DNA of 61,527 nucleotides from a virus (Duplodnaviria > Caudoviricetes), in IMG/VR virus record IMGVR_UViG_3300009506_000028, positions 1-61,527 of that record. One strand, written 5' to 3'. A program made the translations under genes and the position numbers. Below are positions 30,265 to 38,789 of this stretch, piece after piece (within the stretch, counting starts at the first letter, position 1; each line of letters opens with the position of its first letter). The notes beneath the pieces were generated by a model. It saw only the letters and a list, made by a program, of their open reading frames with translations, did no database searches and was not told the DNA's origin.

Positions 30265-30564
30265 CTACTTTTTTTTTACGGTGGTGTGCTTATTGCACAT
30301 CGCGGCAGAACTCTGGATGTAAAGAATCTGGTCCTCAAGGCGGTCCAGCTTATCCTCCAGTGACCTTACTCGCTCATCCTCAAAGCTCTTGTATTCCTTC
30401 ATCTGGCGCTCAGTCCATGCCTCTTTCTCAAAGGACTTATCCATCTTGTGGTCGATGAGTCCATTAAGGTGATACAGGGCACCGGCCCCGAGGGTCAACA
30501 TTAGCGCCACCACAGTAGCCGCTGACTTAACGTCTAGCGTCTGGCGATCGTCAGAGTCAGGCAT
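30265..30564 (-). CDS. Membrane-anchored coiled-coil protein (holin/antiholin candidate)
   Basis: One TM helix plus coiled coil, upstream of the endolysin. Confidence 0.5.
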   Translation of the reverse strand: MPDSDDRQTLDVKSAATVVALMLTLGAGALYHLNGLIDHKMDKSFEKEAWTERQMKEYKSFEDERVRSLEDKLDRLEDQILYIQSSAAMCNKHTTVKKK

Positions 30565-30610
30565 GATTCTCTCCTTGAGTTCAATGCCTGCGCCACCAGG
30601 TAGCAGACCG

Positions 30611-31264
30611 TTAATGTAAAAGCTCTTTGTTCTCGAGTGCTTTCATGCGGCGGTCTATCTCATCCCAGCTACCTAGCTTATGCTCATGCTCGTGCTTAAC
30701 CGGGTTGTCTTGATCGCCACCAACAATCAATTTATCACCGTACAGTTTAGGCAGGACCTTGGAGAGTAGCCACTTCCGGACATCAGCCCTAAGTCTTGAG
30801 CGCTGGATAGCTTCGCCATTAACCTGCCACCCTATTATTCCCCCTTCCTTGTCCATTTTCTCCATCCAGTCATTGGTGCCGTCATCAGCCACTTCCAGGA
30901 TCTCATCAGCCCATCCAAAGGCCTTGATCCTTAGCGCTGTTTCGTACTGGTCCGAAAAAAACTTGAGCTCAGGGTGCGCGTCCTCCCGTTTCCCCTCCAG
31001 TACCCACCTGAAAACCGTACTCTTGGCGGGCATGTCAGGGTCAGAACAAATAGACCTGACACTCTCACCACTGGCCAAGCGGCCCAGTAAATCAGCGGTC
31101 AGCTCGGGTCCATATTCTCCGGGTCGTCCGTTCTTGAGGCGGCCCTTTGCACACTGTCTTGAGGTTGCTGTGTGGGTAACTCGGGCTGTGATCGTCTTTC
31201 CCTTCTGCGCTGACCGCTTCTTTTTGGAACCGGCAGCGCCCTTTTTGCTGGGTGGCTGCTCCAT
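30611..31264 (-). CDS. terS: Terminase small subunit (Sf6/P22-like)
   Basis: GRP.EY..LA.GES.RSIC..MP..STVFRW and RSRLRAD.RKWLLSK..PK.YGDK. Confidence 0.9.
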   Translation of the reverse strand: MEQPPSKKGAAGSKKKRSAQKGKTITARVTHTATSRQCAKGRLKNGRPGEYGPELTADLLGRLASGESVRSICSDPDMPAKSTVFRWVLEGKREDAHPELKFFSDQYETALRIKAFGWADEILEVADDGTNDWMEKMDKEGGIIGWQVNGEAIQRSRLRADVRKWLLSKVLPKLYGDKLIVGGDQDNPVKHEHEHKLGSWDEIDRRMKALENKELLH

Positions 31265-31296
31265 GGTTTTCTACTCGGTAAATGGCTCATAGGGCG

Positions 31297-31402
31297 AGTA
31301 TAGCATTGACAGAAAACACAAAAGGGGTGCTTTAAGGTTTTCTGTCATGCCAGACAATAGGACACATGTCAGTGACAGGACATAGGACAAGGGGATAGGA
31401 CA
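31297..31402 (-). promoter_or_regulatory. Late control region: extended -10, 11-bp inverted repeat, A(T/C)AGGACA direct repeats
   Basis: TGcTATACT (minus) at 31297-31305; TGACAGAAAAC 31307-17 / GTTTTCTGTCA 31337-47; repeats at 31357, 31375, 31382, 31395. Confidence 0.5.
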
Positions 31403-31407
31403 GACAT

Positions 31408-31430
31408 AAAAAACCCCTCCGGAGAGGGGT
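31408..31430 (-). terminator. Terminator ending the leftward accessory operon
   Basis: acccct/aggggt hairpin plus A6. Confidence 0.65.
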
Positions 31431-31477
31431 CTGCCCGCGGCTAGTGGGCTGGTGGCAAGCCAAGGTGATGGGGTGGT

Positions 31478-32047
31478 CTAGGTATAAATAACAGCACCCT
31501 TACCAAAGTCTGTCAAGAATATTTGATCCTCATCGTATAACTCGTTGATTGCCTTGGTGGCACCATCCAGGAGCCCATAGTCATCAAAAACCATCACCCC
31601 ACCCTTTACCATCATGGGCCCAAGCGCCTGGACAGTCTCCGTGATAGAGCGGTACTGATCACAGTCGACATGGACAAAGGCGATAGGCGGCATTTCTATC
31701 ATGCTGTCAGGAAAGACTCCTTTGGTGATGATGGCGTCAGGGATAGCCTGAGTCACAATCTCCAGGGATGTGTCATTGAAATCACCGACGGGATGACCGT
31801 CACCCTTCTCTGGCTCTGAGTAGGGGATCCCCTCAAAAGTGTCATACAAGTACAGGGGGCGGTTCTGTTCCCGTGCCACTTCATTGAGCTGGTAGGCAGT
31901 CCCTCCCCTGAATACCCCCACCTCGACAAAGCACCCATCAGGGGTATAAGAGGCGATATTACAGAGGCTCATGATTGCGCCAGGGTGCACCACTGATATG
32001 GGGCCAGGCTTTAACTGGTAAAATCCTTTCTTGAAGGGCTTGCTCAT
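31478..32047 (-). CDS. TylF/MycF-family sugar O-methyltransferase
   Basis: FVEVGVFRGG, LYDTFEG, KGVFPDS, FVHVDCDQY.S, GGVMVFDDYG. Confidence 0.9.
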   Translation of the reverse strand: MSKPFKKGFYQLKPGPISVVHPGAIMSLCNIASYTPDGCFVEVGVFRGGTAYQLNEVAREQNRPLYLYDTFEGIPYSEPEKGDGHPVGDFNDTSLEIVTQAIPDAIITKGVFPDSMIEMPPIAFVHVDCDQYRSITETVQALGPMMVKGGVMVFDDYGLLDGATKAINELYDEDQIFLTDFGKGAVIYT

Positions 32048-32111
32048 TGGGTTATCTACTCCATCTGACTGTTGTTGTTGGCGGCTGAGTTGCTGACCTT
32101 ACCCTTTACAC

Positions 32112-32339
32112 TTATCCTGTCTGTGGGCGATCATCCAGCTTATACAAGGCATCGAGGACGCAATGCTTGCACACATCGCCTTTATTTGCTGTCCCATCGA
32201 TCGCTGTCAATATCTCAACCCTCAGCTCCACGTTGTTCCTTTTAATGGTTGCGCCAAGCCGTTCACCTGGGACGTTACTGACTATCGAATTGTCTCTGGT
32301 GATCTCATTGCCGCAAAGGTCACAAAATACTTTAATCAT
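32112..32339 (-). CDS. Small Zn-binding hypothetical protein
   Basis: CDLC...CKHC. Confidence 0.6.
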   Translation of the reverse strand: MIKVFCDLCGNEITRDNSIVSNVPGERLGATIKRNNVELRVEILTAIDGTANKGDVCKHCVLDALYKLDDRPQTG

Positions 32340-32354
32340 TTGTGCTTTCTCCCA

Positions 32355-32693
32355 CTAAAATCTCCTGGAATGAAAAGGGCACCGCTTACCGAAATGGACC
32401 CGAGGGCGCATGTAGATACCAGTGCACCGCTGATACTCTCTCACATCCGGGAAGTAGGGCCAGATCCAGAACTCTCTCCCGGCGTTCCAGCTCCTCATCC
32501 CGTCCACCTGGGTCTCTGCTTGCTGATAGGTAAAGCCACCAATCACCAGGTCACCACCATACAGGAGGGCGTCCTTGAGTACTACCTCCCAAGACATACA
32601 CAGGGCTCCAATGGCGCGGAGGACCTGACACCAAAACCAGGCTGATAAGGCTGTGAATGATATCGTGATAATGATGAGTACAAAGGTGTGCAT
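32355..32693 (-). CDS. Hypothetical membrane protein
   Basis: 112 aa with N-terminal hydrophobic helix. Confidence 0.4.
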   Translation of the reverse strand: MHTFVLIIITISFTALSAWFWCQVLRAIGALCMSWEVVLKDALLYGGDLVIGGFTYQQAETQVDGMRSWNAGREFWIWPYFPDVREYQRCTGIYMRPRVHFGKRCPFHSRRF

Positions 32694-32854
32694 GCGTCAC
32701 CCCCCACTCTTTTGGCGACGGTTATAGCATCCGCTACATATCCAGTAGCCCTTGAAATAATGCCACCCACCAAGGACCTCCAAGATCACACTCTCTAGGA
32801 TTCCGGTCTCAATAGACAGATCTTTGATTGCGGATGCAAGCCTATGTATGTCGC

Positions 32855-33094
32855 TCATATCTGCATATCCTCCGGGTACTTGGTCGCCAGGGGGCGGTAG
32901 TCATCGCCTGCCTTCTTGCCACAGGCAGAACATTCCATGTCCGGGATGACGTTCTGGTGAAAATGTGCGTCATCATAGCCATAGCCTTCCTCTTCATAGC
33001 CGCAATGCTCACACTCATAGATCGCATGGAAGTCACGGCGGCTCTGGCTAAGGATTTTCTTTATTTTCACGGATCCGCTCCTCTCCGCGATCAA
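32855..33094 (-). CDS. Zn-ribbon hypothetical protein
   Basis: RRDF.AIYECEHCG..GYDD..FH..VIP...CSACG. Confidence 0.65.
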   Translation of the reverse strand: MIAERSGSVKIKKILSQSRRDFHAIYECEHCGYEEEGYGYDDAHFHQNVIPDMECSACGKKAGDDYRPLATKYPEDMQI

Positions 33095-33371
33095 CCCTTT
33101 CTATCTCTGCCAGGAGAAGGGCCGCGGCCTTTATTAAATTGCGTCGACGTGAGGAAGGTTTCCACCAGCTACTTGACCACGGCCAAGCGCCATGTAGCCT
33201 CACTCCCATGGCGTAGCAGCCAGCCGCAAAAGCCAGCTCATACTCCTGGTATTGATCGTCATGGGCCGGGGTGAACCCCTCTTTTTCCACCTGGCGGACA
33301 CGCTCAGCCAGGACATCGGTGACAGCTTTCGACTGTCCCATCTTGGTAATACTGAAATCATCGGCCATCAT
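33048..33371 (-). CDS. Conserved phage hypothetical protein
   Basis: DVLAER.RQ..KEG....HDD..WPW...WWKP..RR.LIKAAALLLAEIER.DR is a common phage family. Confidence 0.75.
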   Translation of the reverse strand: MMADDFSITKMGQSKAVTDVLAERVRQVEKEGFTPAHDDQYQEYELAFAAGCYAMGVRLHGAWPWSSSWWKPSSRRRNLIKAAALLLAEIERVDRGEERIRENKENP

Positions 33372-33410
33372 ACCACTCCTGTGATGCTATGTTCTTGACG
33401 TGGACGGAAG

Positions 33411-33617
33411 TTATACCTTTGTGAATTTATGGTTTGGCTTGATATTTCTGTGTAGGAATGAACCTACAGATTTTGCCTCTTTCATAGAGTCGAAGGTTTC
33501 GGCTGAGACCCCATGGTAGTGATAGGTACCACCATTCTTGAAGCGGACAATAAGGGTGTCGCCAGTGTGGCCGATGGACTCAATTTGTCCCGATTTTACA
33601 TCGTGCATAGTGGTCAT
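33411..33617 (-). CDS. KTSC domain protein
   Basis: V.S..I.SIG..L.VRFKNG..Y.Y.GV..A.SVGSF...IK; start refined by GAGGAG RBS. Confidence 0.85.
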   Translation of the reverse strand: MTTMHDVKSGQIESIGHTGDTLIVRFKNGGTYHYHGVSAETFDSMKEAKSVGSFLHRNIKPNHKFTKV

Positions 33618-33627
33618 TTCTTGCTCC

Positions 33628-33915
33628 TCAGCTATCTGCATCCATGGCGGCTTGAATACGGTCAAGGTCCTTAACGATACTCAAGATCCCTCTCGTGTAG
33701 TCATCACCACCAGCAACCTCTTCTACCTCGAGGCGTCTGGTTGCAACATCCAGTCTCTGCACCGCCTGTTCCAGGCCAATTGTGGCGGCCTCTCTTAGCC
33801 TCTCCACCTCGTCCTCAAGGCATGATATGGCGGCAAGTAGCGCCCTACCGTCGGCGGTTTCCTTTAGTTTGCTGGTCGCTCCAGGATAGGAGTCACATAG
33901 TTTTTTGACGGGCAT
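33628..33915 (-). CDS. Hypothetical protein
   Basis: 95-aa helical ORF with GAGGT RBS. Confidence 0.55.
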   Translation of the reverse strand: MPVKKLCDSYPGATSKLKETADGRALLAAISCLEDEVERLREAATIGLEQAVQRLDVATRRLEVEEVAGGDDYTRGILSIVKDLDRIQAAMDADS

Positions 33916-33930
33916 TCCACACCTCGAAAA

Positions 33931-34367
33931 TGGAGCGGGAGGAGGTAGAGTTTTTCACTGCGGCTTAACCACATCAGCGCTAATGGGTCAGCTCCGGATC
34001 CGGCTACTTTTCTCTACCGCGTCCCACATTGATTGGTTAGGAGGTTTTGCTATACGTCTCTTCCGGTTTTCCAGCCTCCCAAAGCTCCCCGGCGTATACA
34101 GTGCCAGGCTACCCGGACACGCCACTGTCAACTTGTCCGGGTCAATGCCCTCTCACGGGTGTCTATGGAGCGGTCCACGGTAGAGGGCCTGTCGCTCGCT
34201 ACTACCGCTTTCCGCATAAACCTTATAAACGCTGACAGGTCGGTAAGCTCCTGCTATGAACATGGGCCACCTTCAAAGGGTGGTTTTCATACTCACGATA
34301 AACACAGGCAGCTCTCCCCGTTAATATCGTAATGCGTGTTTTGTTACCTGATCACGCTACAGCGATA
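33931..34367 (-). ncRNA. Candidate structured noncoding RNA or leader ending in a tRNA-like acceptor stem with UCCA
   Basis: No minus-strand ORF, at least 7 consecutive stems, and a promoter immediately upstream. Confidence 0.45.
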
Positions 34368-34373
34368 ACTTCT

Positions 34374-34401
34374 ATTATAACCGCTTATTTCACAATATCA
34401 A
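34374..34401 (-). promoter_or_regulatory. Sigma70-type promoter
   Basis: TTGATA-N16-TATAAT on the minus strand with AT-rich upstream DNA. Confidence 0.65.
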
Positions 34402-34419
34402 TATACTAATACAATATAT

Positions 34420-34695
34420 CTAAAGCGGCATAAAACCAATGCCTGCATAAACACGGAAACTCATCGTCAAATCGTCCTGTATAAGCTCCGGACGTGTCGG
34501 CACAATACTGCTAATAGGAACCCCTGCGGCCATTGCTGCCAGGATAACCTCGTCCAGCGCCTCAAAGGCATCAGCCATTATGGATCTGAACAGAGCTGTC
34601 TTGTCGATCATGGAGTGACAAAGGTGGTTTTGACCTGGCCTAATCTCGCTCAGAGAGGCCAGGTTAAGGATAGTGCTATCGACTACGCTACTCAT
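34420..34695 (-). CDS. Hypothetical protein
   Basis: ORF coupled to the upstream stop; start uncertain (34695 or 34611). Confidence 0.45.
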   Translation of the reverse strand: MSSVVDSTILNLASLSEIRPGQNHLCHSMIDKTALFRSIMADAFEALDEVILAAMAAGVPISSIVPTRPELIQDDLTMSFRVYAGIGFMPL

Positions 34696-35107
34696 GGCAG
34701 TGACAGTGCTTTCCAGTGGAGTCGAATGGATCCAGGAAGTTCGCACACCACCACCTTGCTTGGGTCCCTCTCCAGGTATCCTTGCCGCAATGCTTTGAGC
34801 ATCGCCAGGAGAAGGTCACCGGCTCCAGGTTTGGGTAGGTAAGCTCTATGTTTCGCCCCAGGATCGTTACCGTAGTCTTTGATAGAAACGGTAGGTCAGG
34901 CACCTCAAAGAAGAACAGCGATCCCAGGATCAAGTTCAGGAGGATGTCCAGCGGGTACCCTATCGCCACAATGGGGTAGGCGAAAATCTTGGCTGGCCAG
35001 CGCAACTTGGCGCGGTTGCGAATCAGGTTCATAGTGGCCAGGAAGAACAGCCACACAAGGCCCATACACCACAGGGTTGCCCCTAAAAATATCAGTATCT
35101 TAATCAT
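34688..35107 (-). CDS. Hypothetical membrane protein
   Basis: Two TM segments; C..FLDPFD..G.HC C-terminus. Confidence 0.65.
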   Translation of the reverse strand: MIKILIFLGATLWCMGLVWLFFLATMNLIRNRAKLRWPAKIFAYPIVAIGYPLDILLNLILGSLFFFEVPDLPFLSKTTVTILGRNIELTYPNLEPVTFSWRCSKHCGKDTWRGTQARWWCANFLDPFDSTGKHCHCHE

Positions 35108-35582
35108 CCTCTTTCTCCTCGTCAGTCAACTCAAACCGCTCCCAGCACTCAGTACATACCTTGTGTGATGGTTTCCCGGTATGCGTGTCGTAGCGGATCT
35201 CCAGGTTGTGCGGGGCTCGCATCATGTGACCCGTGGCATGAGTGGCGAAAGTGGTACCGCACTCGTCGCATCCCTCACAGGGACGCGGAGGCATACCGCT
35301 CTCCCACTTCTCAGACTTGCCACACTTACAGCGCCAGTAATTCATAATAGGGTCCTCCTCTGCTCCATAGTCGCCATTCATTAACTTTTGCTTGAAATAG
35401 GCCATTACCCAAACGGCCTCTTTGGTTGTCATTCCAAGTGTAGCCGCTACATCGAGGCGTCCGGCCTTGTCGTACCCGAGGATCAGGACATCCTGGTATC
35501 TGCCAATTGCCTGCTCCAGGACGGCATCAGGATCTATGGCTGAGTCCTTGCGGTAGAATTTGACGACGTTGTTCTCACTCAT
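35100..35582 (-). CDS. Two-part hypothetical protein with C-terminal Cys-rich Zn-binding region
   Basis: CKC..CEGCDEC..CTEC. Confidence 0.6.
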   Translation of the reverse strand: MSENNVVKFYRKDSAIDPDAVLEQAIGRYQDVLILGYDKAGRLDVAATLGMTTKEAVWVMAYFKQKLMNGDYGAEEDPIMNYWRCKCGKSEKWESGMPPRPCEGCDECGTTFATHATGHMMRAPHNLEIRYDTHTGKPSHKVCTECWERFELTDEEKEDD

Positions 35583-35590
35583 GACTTACC

Positions 35591-35824
35591 TTAATCGTGA
35601 TCATTATCTTTGCCATATAACCCACCTTTGATAAGTGCCTGGCGCTTTTTTGGGCACCAGGATGGGAAGCCGTTGGTCTGGATATCGTTTCTGTCCGTAA
35701 GGTTTCTGTTGGTCTCGGAGCAAAACGCCACCACAGCCCGCCCGGCTATCGTCTCCAGCTTCCTGTTCTCACAGGCCCAGCATGAAGTCAGATAAAAGAT
35801 ATTGTTTAAGAGTGGACAGCCCAT
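35591..35824 (-). CDS. Cys-rich hypothetical protein
   Basis: CWAC..C..FPSWCP. Confidence 0.5.
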   Translation of the reverse strand: MGCPLLNNIFYLTSCWACENRKLETIAGRAVVAFCSETNRNLTDRNDIQTNGFPSWCPKKRQALIKGGLYGKDNDHD

Positions 35825-36000
35825 CTATACACCACCATCCCAACAATAAGGCCACCGGTTGAGGTGCATATCACCCCCATCGCCAGCAAGGCGACGGCGT
35901 TGAACTCGTCCACCTTATTGACCATTCCCCTGAAACCACCGAAAAACAGGACAAGGCCAAGCACAAGGAGGAGGACACCTAAAAAGAGTATATCTGTCAT
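35806..36000 (-). CDS. Small two-TM membrane protein
   Basis: 64 aa, two hydrophobic helices. Confidence 0.55.
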   Translation of the reverse strand: MTDILFLGVLLLVLGLVLFFGGFRGMVNKVDEFNAVALLAMGVICTSTGGLIVGMVVYRWAVHS

Positions 36001-36113
36001 GACTCACTTCCCCTCTGATCATCGGACACCTAAAGTTTCAAGAAACTTGTAAAATAATCGGCTACATATCACCTTTCTTGTAAAGCTCGTAACATGATGG
36101 CTTAGGCATAAGA

Positions 36114-36587
36114 TCACACCTTTATTCGCGCCACCAGGATGTACCCCTCCCACAGCTTGTGATCGCCGCTATCAATATCGTGCTGAAAGAGGGGGGACTG
36201 GGCCATGTCGTAGGATTCAAAGCCTTCCGGCTGCTTGGGAATGTGGTACCAGGCTATCCCCCAGGACCGCATCATTGCCGGATCCTGGGCTATTGGCAGG
36301 GGCTTGGTCCGTATCTCAAAGACATCACCCTCATCCAATGACTTCATCGCGTCATGGATCGCCATGTTCATAATTTTCTGACGCTCCTCTCTCCCAAGTC
36401 CATAGTTACACCGGAAAGCCATTCCACGGTCAGCAATACGTCCCTCTCCCTTGTGGTTCCACTCCTCAACAATGAAGGTAGAAGATGACTCTGGATACTT
36501 GGGATCATTGCTTATATGACGGTGGAGACCATCATGCCCGGCATCCCTGGTGCACTGGAGCCCGTTGTGTTTACTATCGCAAATCAT
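36114..36587 (-). CDS. Hypothetical protein
   Basis: 157 aa; N-terminal C..C...GHDGLH; ATGA coupling. Confidence 0.6.
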   Translation of the reverse strand: MICDSKHNGLQCTRDAGHDGLHRHISNDPKYPESSSTFIVEEWNHKGEGRIADRGMAFRCNYGLGREERQKIMNMAIHDAMKSLDEGDVFEIRTKPLPIAQDPAMMRSWGIAWYHIPKQPEGFESYDMAQSPLFQHDIDSGDHKLWEGYILVARIKV

Positions 36588-37198
36588 TCTGTTTCACTCC
36601 TCACATGCTCTATCGCCTTGCCCAGCTCAGCGGTACGCCAGTCTGGCCAGGAGCGAAACTCGTTCTTTTCCTGCTTAGCCACCAATGCCCCGATAATCTG
36701 TTCCGGGGTGGCACCGCTTCGCCACGCGCCATCAAAGGCAAGAATGATCACATCCACCCACTCAGACAGGGCCCCATTGCTTTCCTCTACCTCCACCAGC
36801 TCCTTGCGGATATGATCGACCACACCCTCAACCCGAGGACCAGGACCGAAAGTCTTGAGACTAAAGTCACTCTGTCGATAGAGGTGGGCAATCATGTCGA
36901 ACTCAACGGGAAGGTGGATCACCTCAAGTCCAAGGCGGTGGGCAATATGCAGCTCCAGGTTTTCCCCTTTGCTTTTCTCCCAGCCAGGCATCAAGGCAAT
37001 AGCATCACAGCCACACAGTTCTTTTACATCATTACGGAGGCAGTCCTCCCAGGTCTTGCCGTCATGGTCGGCGTTAATCTCGGCTGGGTTAATAACCTCA
37101 TACCCCGCCTCTCTAAGCGCCTTAGCCCATTTATGGAAGGCTGGAAAGTTATGATCCGGAAGGCCTGCCATCGGGCCGCTGAGATAGACTTTTTTCAT
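36584..37198 (-). CDS. DUF4406 (NDT-like) fused to DUF550 (dATP/dGTP pyrophosphohydrolase-like)
   Basis: VYLSGPMAG..NFPAF..NPAE..CDAIALMPGWEKSKG..LE, then FS..TFGPG..DHIRKEL.E..EWVDVIILAFDGAWR..KQ..N..R.WPDWR. Confidence 0.85.
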   Translation of the reverse strand: MKKVYLSGPMAGLPDHNFPAFHKWAKALREAGYEVINPAEINADHDGKTWEDCLRNDVKELCGCDAIALMPGWEKSKGENLELHIAHRLGLEVIHLPVEFDMIAHLYRQSDFSLKTFGPGPRVEGVVDHIRKELVEVEESNGALSEWVDVIILAFDGAWRSGATPEQIIGALVAKQEKNEFRSWPDWRTAELGKAIEHVRSETE

Positions 37199-37395
37199 CA
37201 GAATGTTCCTTTGAGTTTGTTGTAATCGCCCATAGTGATGGGCACCGCATTAAGCAAAACCCAATCCTCAGGCTGCTCCCTGGACATTTCCACCCATTTC
37301 CACAGCGGCCCCTCGTGGACATCGTTAGAGATTATCGCGACGTTTCTCTCCATCGGGCGACGCCATTGGTAGACGATTAGCCAGTATTCGCTCAT
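37198..37395 (-). CDS. Hypothetical protein
   Basis: 65-aa coupled ORF. Confidence 0.55.
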   Translation of the reverse strand: MSEYWLIVYQWRRPMERNVAIISNDVHEGPLWKWVEMSREQPEDWVLLNAVPITMGDYNKLKGTF

Positions 37396-37628
37396 GGGTG
37401 GATGACCTCCTCACTACAGATACCGTCCGGCTTGATGCGATAGAAAGAGAAAAACTTATCCATCGCCCAATCCCTTACCGGGTGCTGTTTATCTGTCAGC
37501 GTGTACCCTGGTGGGCAAAACATGCCGGCACCTTTTTCCTGGTACCGGCTCCAGAACTCACTAAGCCCCGCTAGTATCAATAACAGGACCGAAAGGATTA
37601 TGGCTTTTTTCATGGGGGCGTCCTCCAA
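37392..37628 (-). CDS. Small secreted/membrane protein
   Basis: MKK plus hydrophobic helix, two Cys. Confidence 0.5.
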   Translation of the reverse strand: MEDAPMKKAIILSVLLLILAGLSEFWSRYQEKGAGMFCPPGYTLTDKQHPVRDWAMDKFFSFYRIKPDGICSEEVIHP

Positions 37629-38085
37629 AGGGTTCCATCATGTGACTAGGCCACTTCTGTTCATAGGTCTTAATGGCAAGCCGTACCTTGGCGGCTGTCT
37701 GTGGGTGCATTACCAGGCTACCGTCATCCATAACAAGGGCGTCATCACGCGGCACTCTCATGATCACAGTCCTGGTTTTCTTAAAGGGTCGCCAAGGCCT
37801 GGTGAAAAGGCGCTCACGCCAAGATCGCTCAATCTCATGAGGCGGCCCGTCTTGCGTCATGGCAACACTCTCGATAATTTTCCCGGCATTAATCTCTGGC
37901 ACCACATGGAGGCTGCGGATCTTCTCTCCCAGGTGACGGATATCCTCCATTGTGAGGACTGGATCCCTGTAGGTAGATGTGGTGTAAATATTGGATACCA
38001 TGGTTTCCATGTCGTGACCAAAACGCTCCTTCATTTTCGCCTCAATAAACCTTCTTACCTTGCTGTTATTGGTTTCGTTGTTCAT
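37561..38085 (-). CDS. Hypothetical protein
   Basis: 174 aa; RSWRERLFTRPWRP..LVMHP. Confidence 0.6.
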   Translation of the reverse strand: MNNETNNSKVRRFIEAKMKERFGHDMETMVSNIYTTSTYRDPVLTMEDIRHLGEKIRSLHVVPEINAGKIIESVAMTQDGPPHEIERSWRERLFTRPWRPFKKTRTVIMRVPRDDALVMDDGSLVMHPQTAAKVRLAIKTYEQKWPSHMMEPFGGRPHEKSHNPFGPVIDTSGA

Positions 38086-38363
38086 GACACACCTCCAGGT
38101 GGGTGTTGTGAGGGGATCGGCTTGGCATGCGCCGCTGCAGTATTGGCGTAATCTACTGCCTCCTCTAGCGTCATGCCGTGCCCTATTACATAGAGTGGTG
38201 GCCCGTTCTCATCCTCCTTGAGTTCTTCCGGCATTTTATGCCACGCTGCTCTTTCATCAGGAGCGCGGATAAACGTAACGATGCCAGTGACACCATCTTT
38301 CCCGCATGCCTGCACTGAGAAGTCTGCGCTCAAAAACCTCCATCCCTTCTCAATGTTCACCAA
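38082..38363 (-). CDS. Hypothetical protein
   Basis: 93-aa coupled ORF. Confidence 0.55.
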   Translation of the reverse strand: MVNIEKGWRFLSADFSVQACGKDGVTGIVTFIRAPDERAAWHKMPEELKEDENGPPLYVIGHGMTLEEAVDYANTAAAHAKPIPSQHPPGGVS

Positions 38364-38643
38364 TCACCTCCACATCATCATAATCTTTGACGAAAATGGG
38401 GCCGTTACCAAAGCCGCCCACCTCATCCTCCCAGGCGCGGCGGCCATAACCGTTGGCGCGGCACTCCCAGCGAAACCCATCCCACAGCACATCAAAGACC
38501 ATGTTCGGATTCTTGGCGACAAACTGGTACTCCTCATCCTCATATTCTGAATTGGGAGGGGCGCAAGCTGGCCAGTCATAGAAACGGAAATCATGGCCAA
38601 TCATTGCGCCAACCTTAATCCTGCCTTGCATTACCTCAGCCAT
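38350..38643 (-). CDS. Hypothetical protein, first gene of the leftward accessory operon
   Basis: Start moved to ATG 38643 (GGAGG RBS). Confidence 0.6.
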   Translation of the reverse strand: MAEVMQGRIKVGAMIGHDFRFYDWPACAPPNSEYEDEEYQFVAKNPNMVFDVLWDGFRWECRANGYGRRAWEDEVGGFGNGPIFVKDYDDVEVIGEH

Positions 38644-38686
38644 AACAGCCTCCACACCGCTAACATTTACTGATAATTTACCTGTC

Positions 38687-38714
38687 AATATACCATAACA
38701 TTTCACCACGTCAA
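38687..38714 (-). promoter_or_regulatory. Leftward sigma70 promoter in divergent region
   Basis: TTGACG-N16-TATATT with TG extension; tandem TTGACA on the plus strand at 38722 and 38729. Confidence 0.6.
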
Positions 38715-38789
38715 GGTAGAATTGACACTTGACACAAGTGGCATTGACCTCTAAAGTCATAAGCAAGTGCTAACCGGATACTTTTTGTC

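Noticed and set aside
33931-34027. Canonical tRNA gene
   Set aside because: It has a CCA end and acceptor-like stem but no T-loop, D-loop or anticodon arm; kept only as tRNA-like.
33905-34332. Plus-strand ORFs across the structured region
   Set aside because: They run against the flanking operon and promoter and show no recognisable protein features.
36584-37198. Z-genome (2-aminoadenine) pathway
   Set aside because: No PurZ, DatZ or DNA polymerase seen, and adenine methylases are present.
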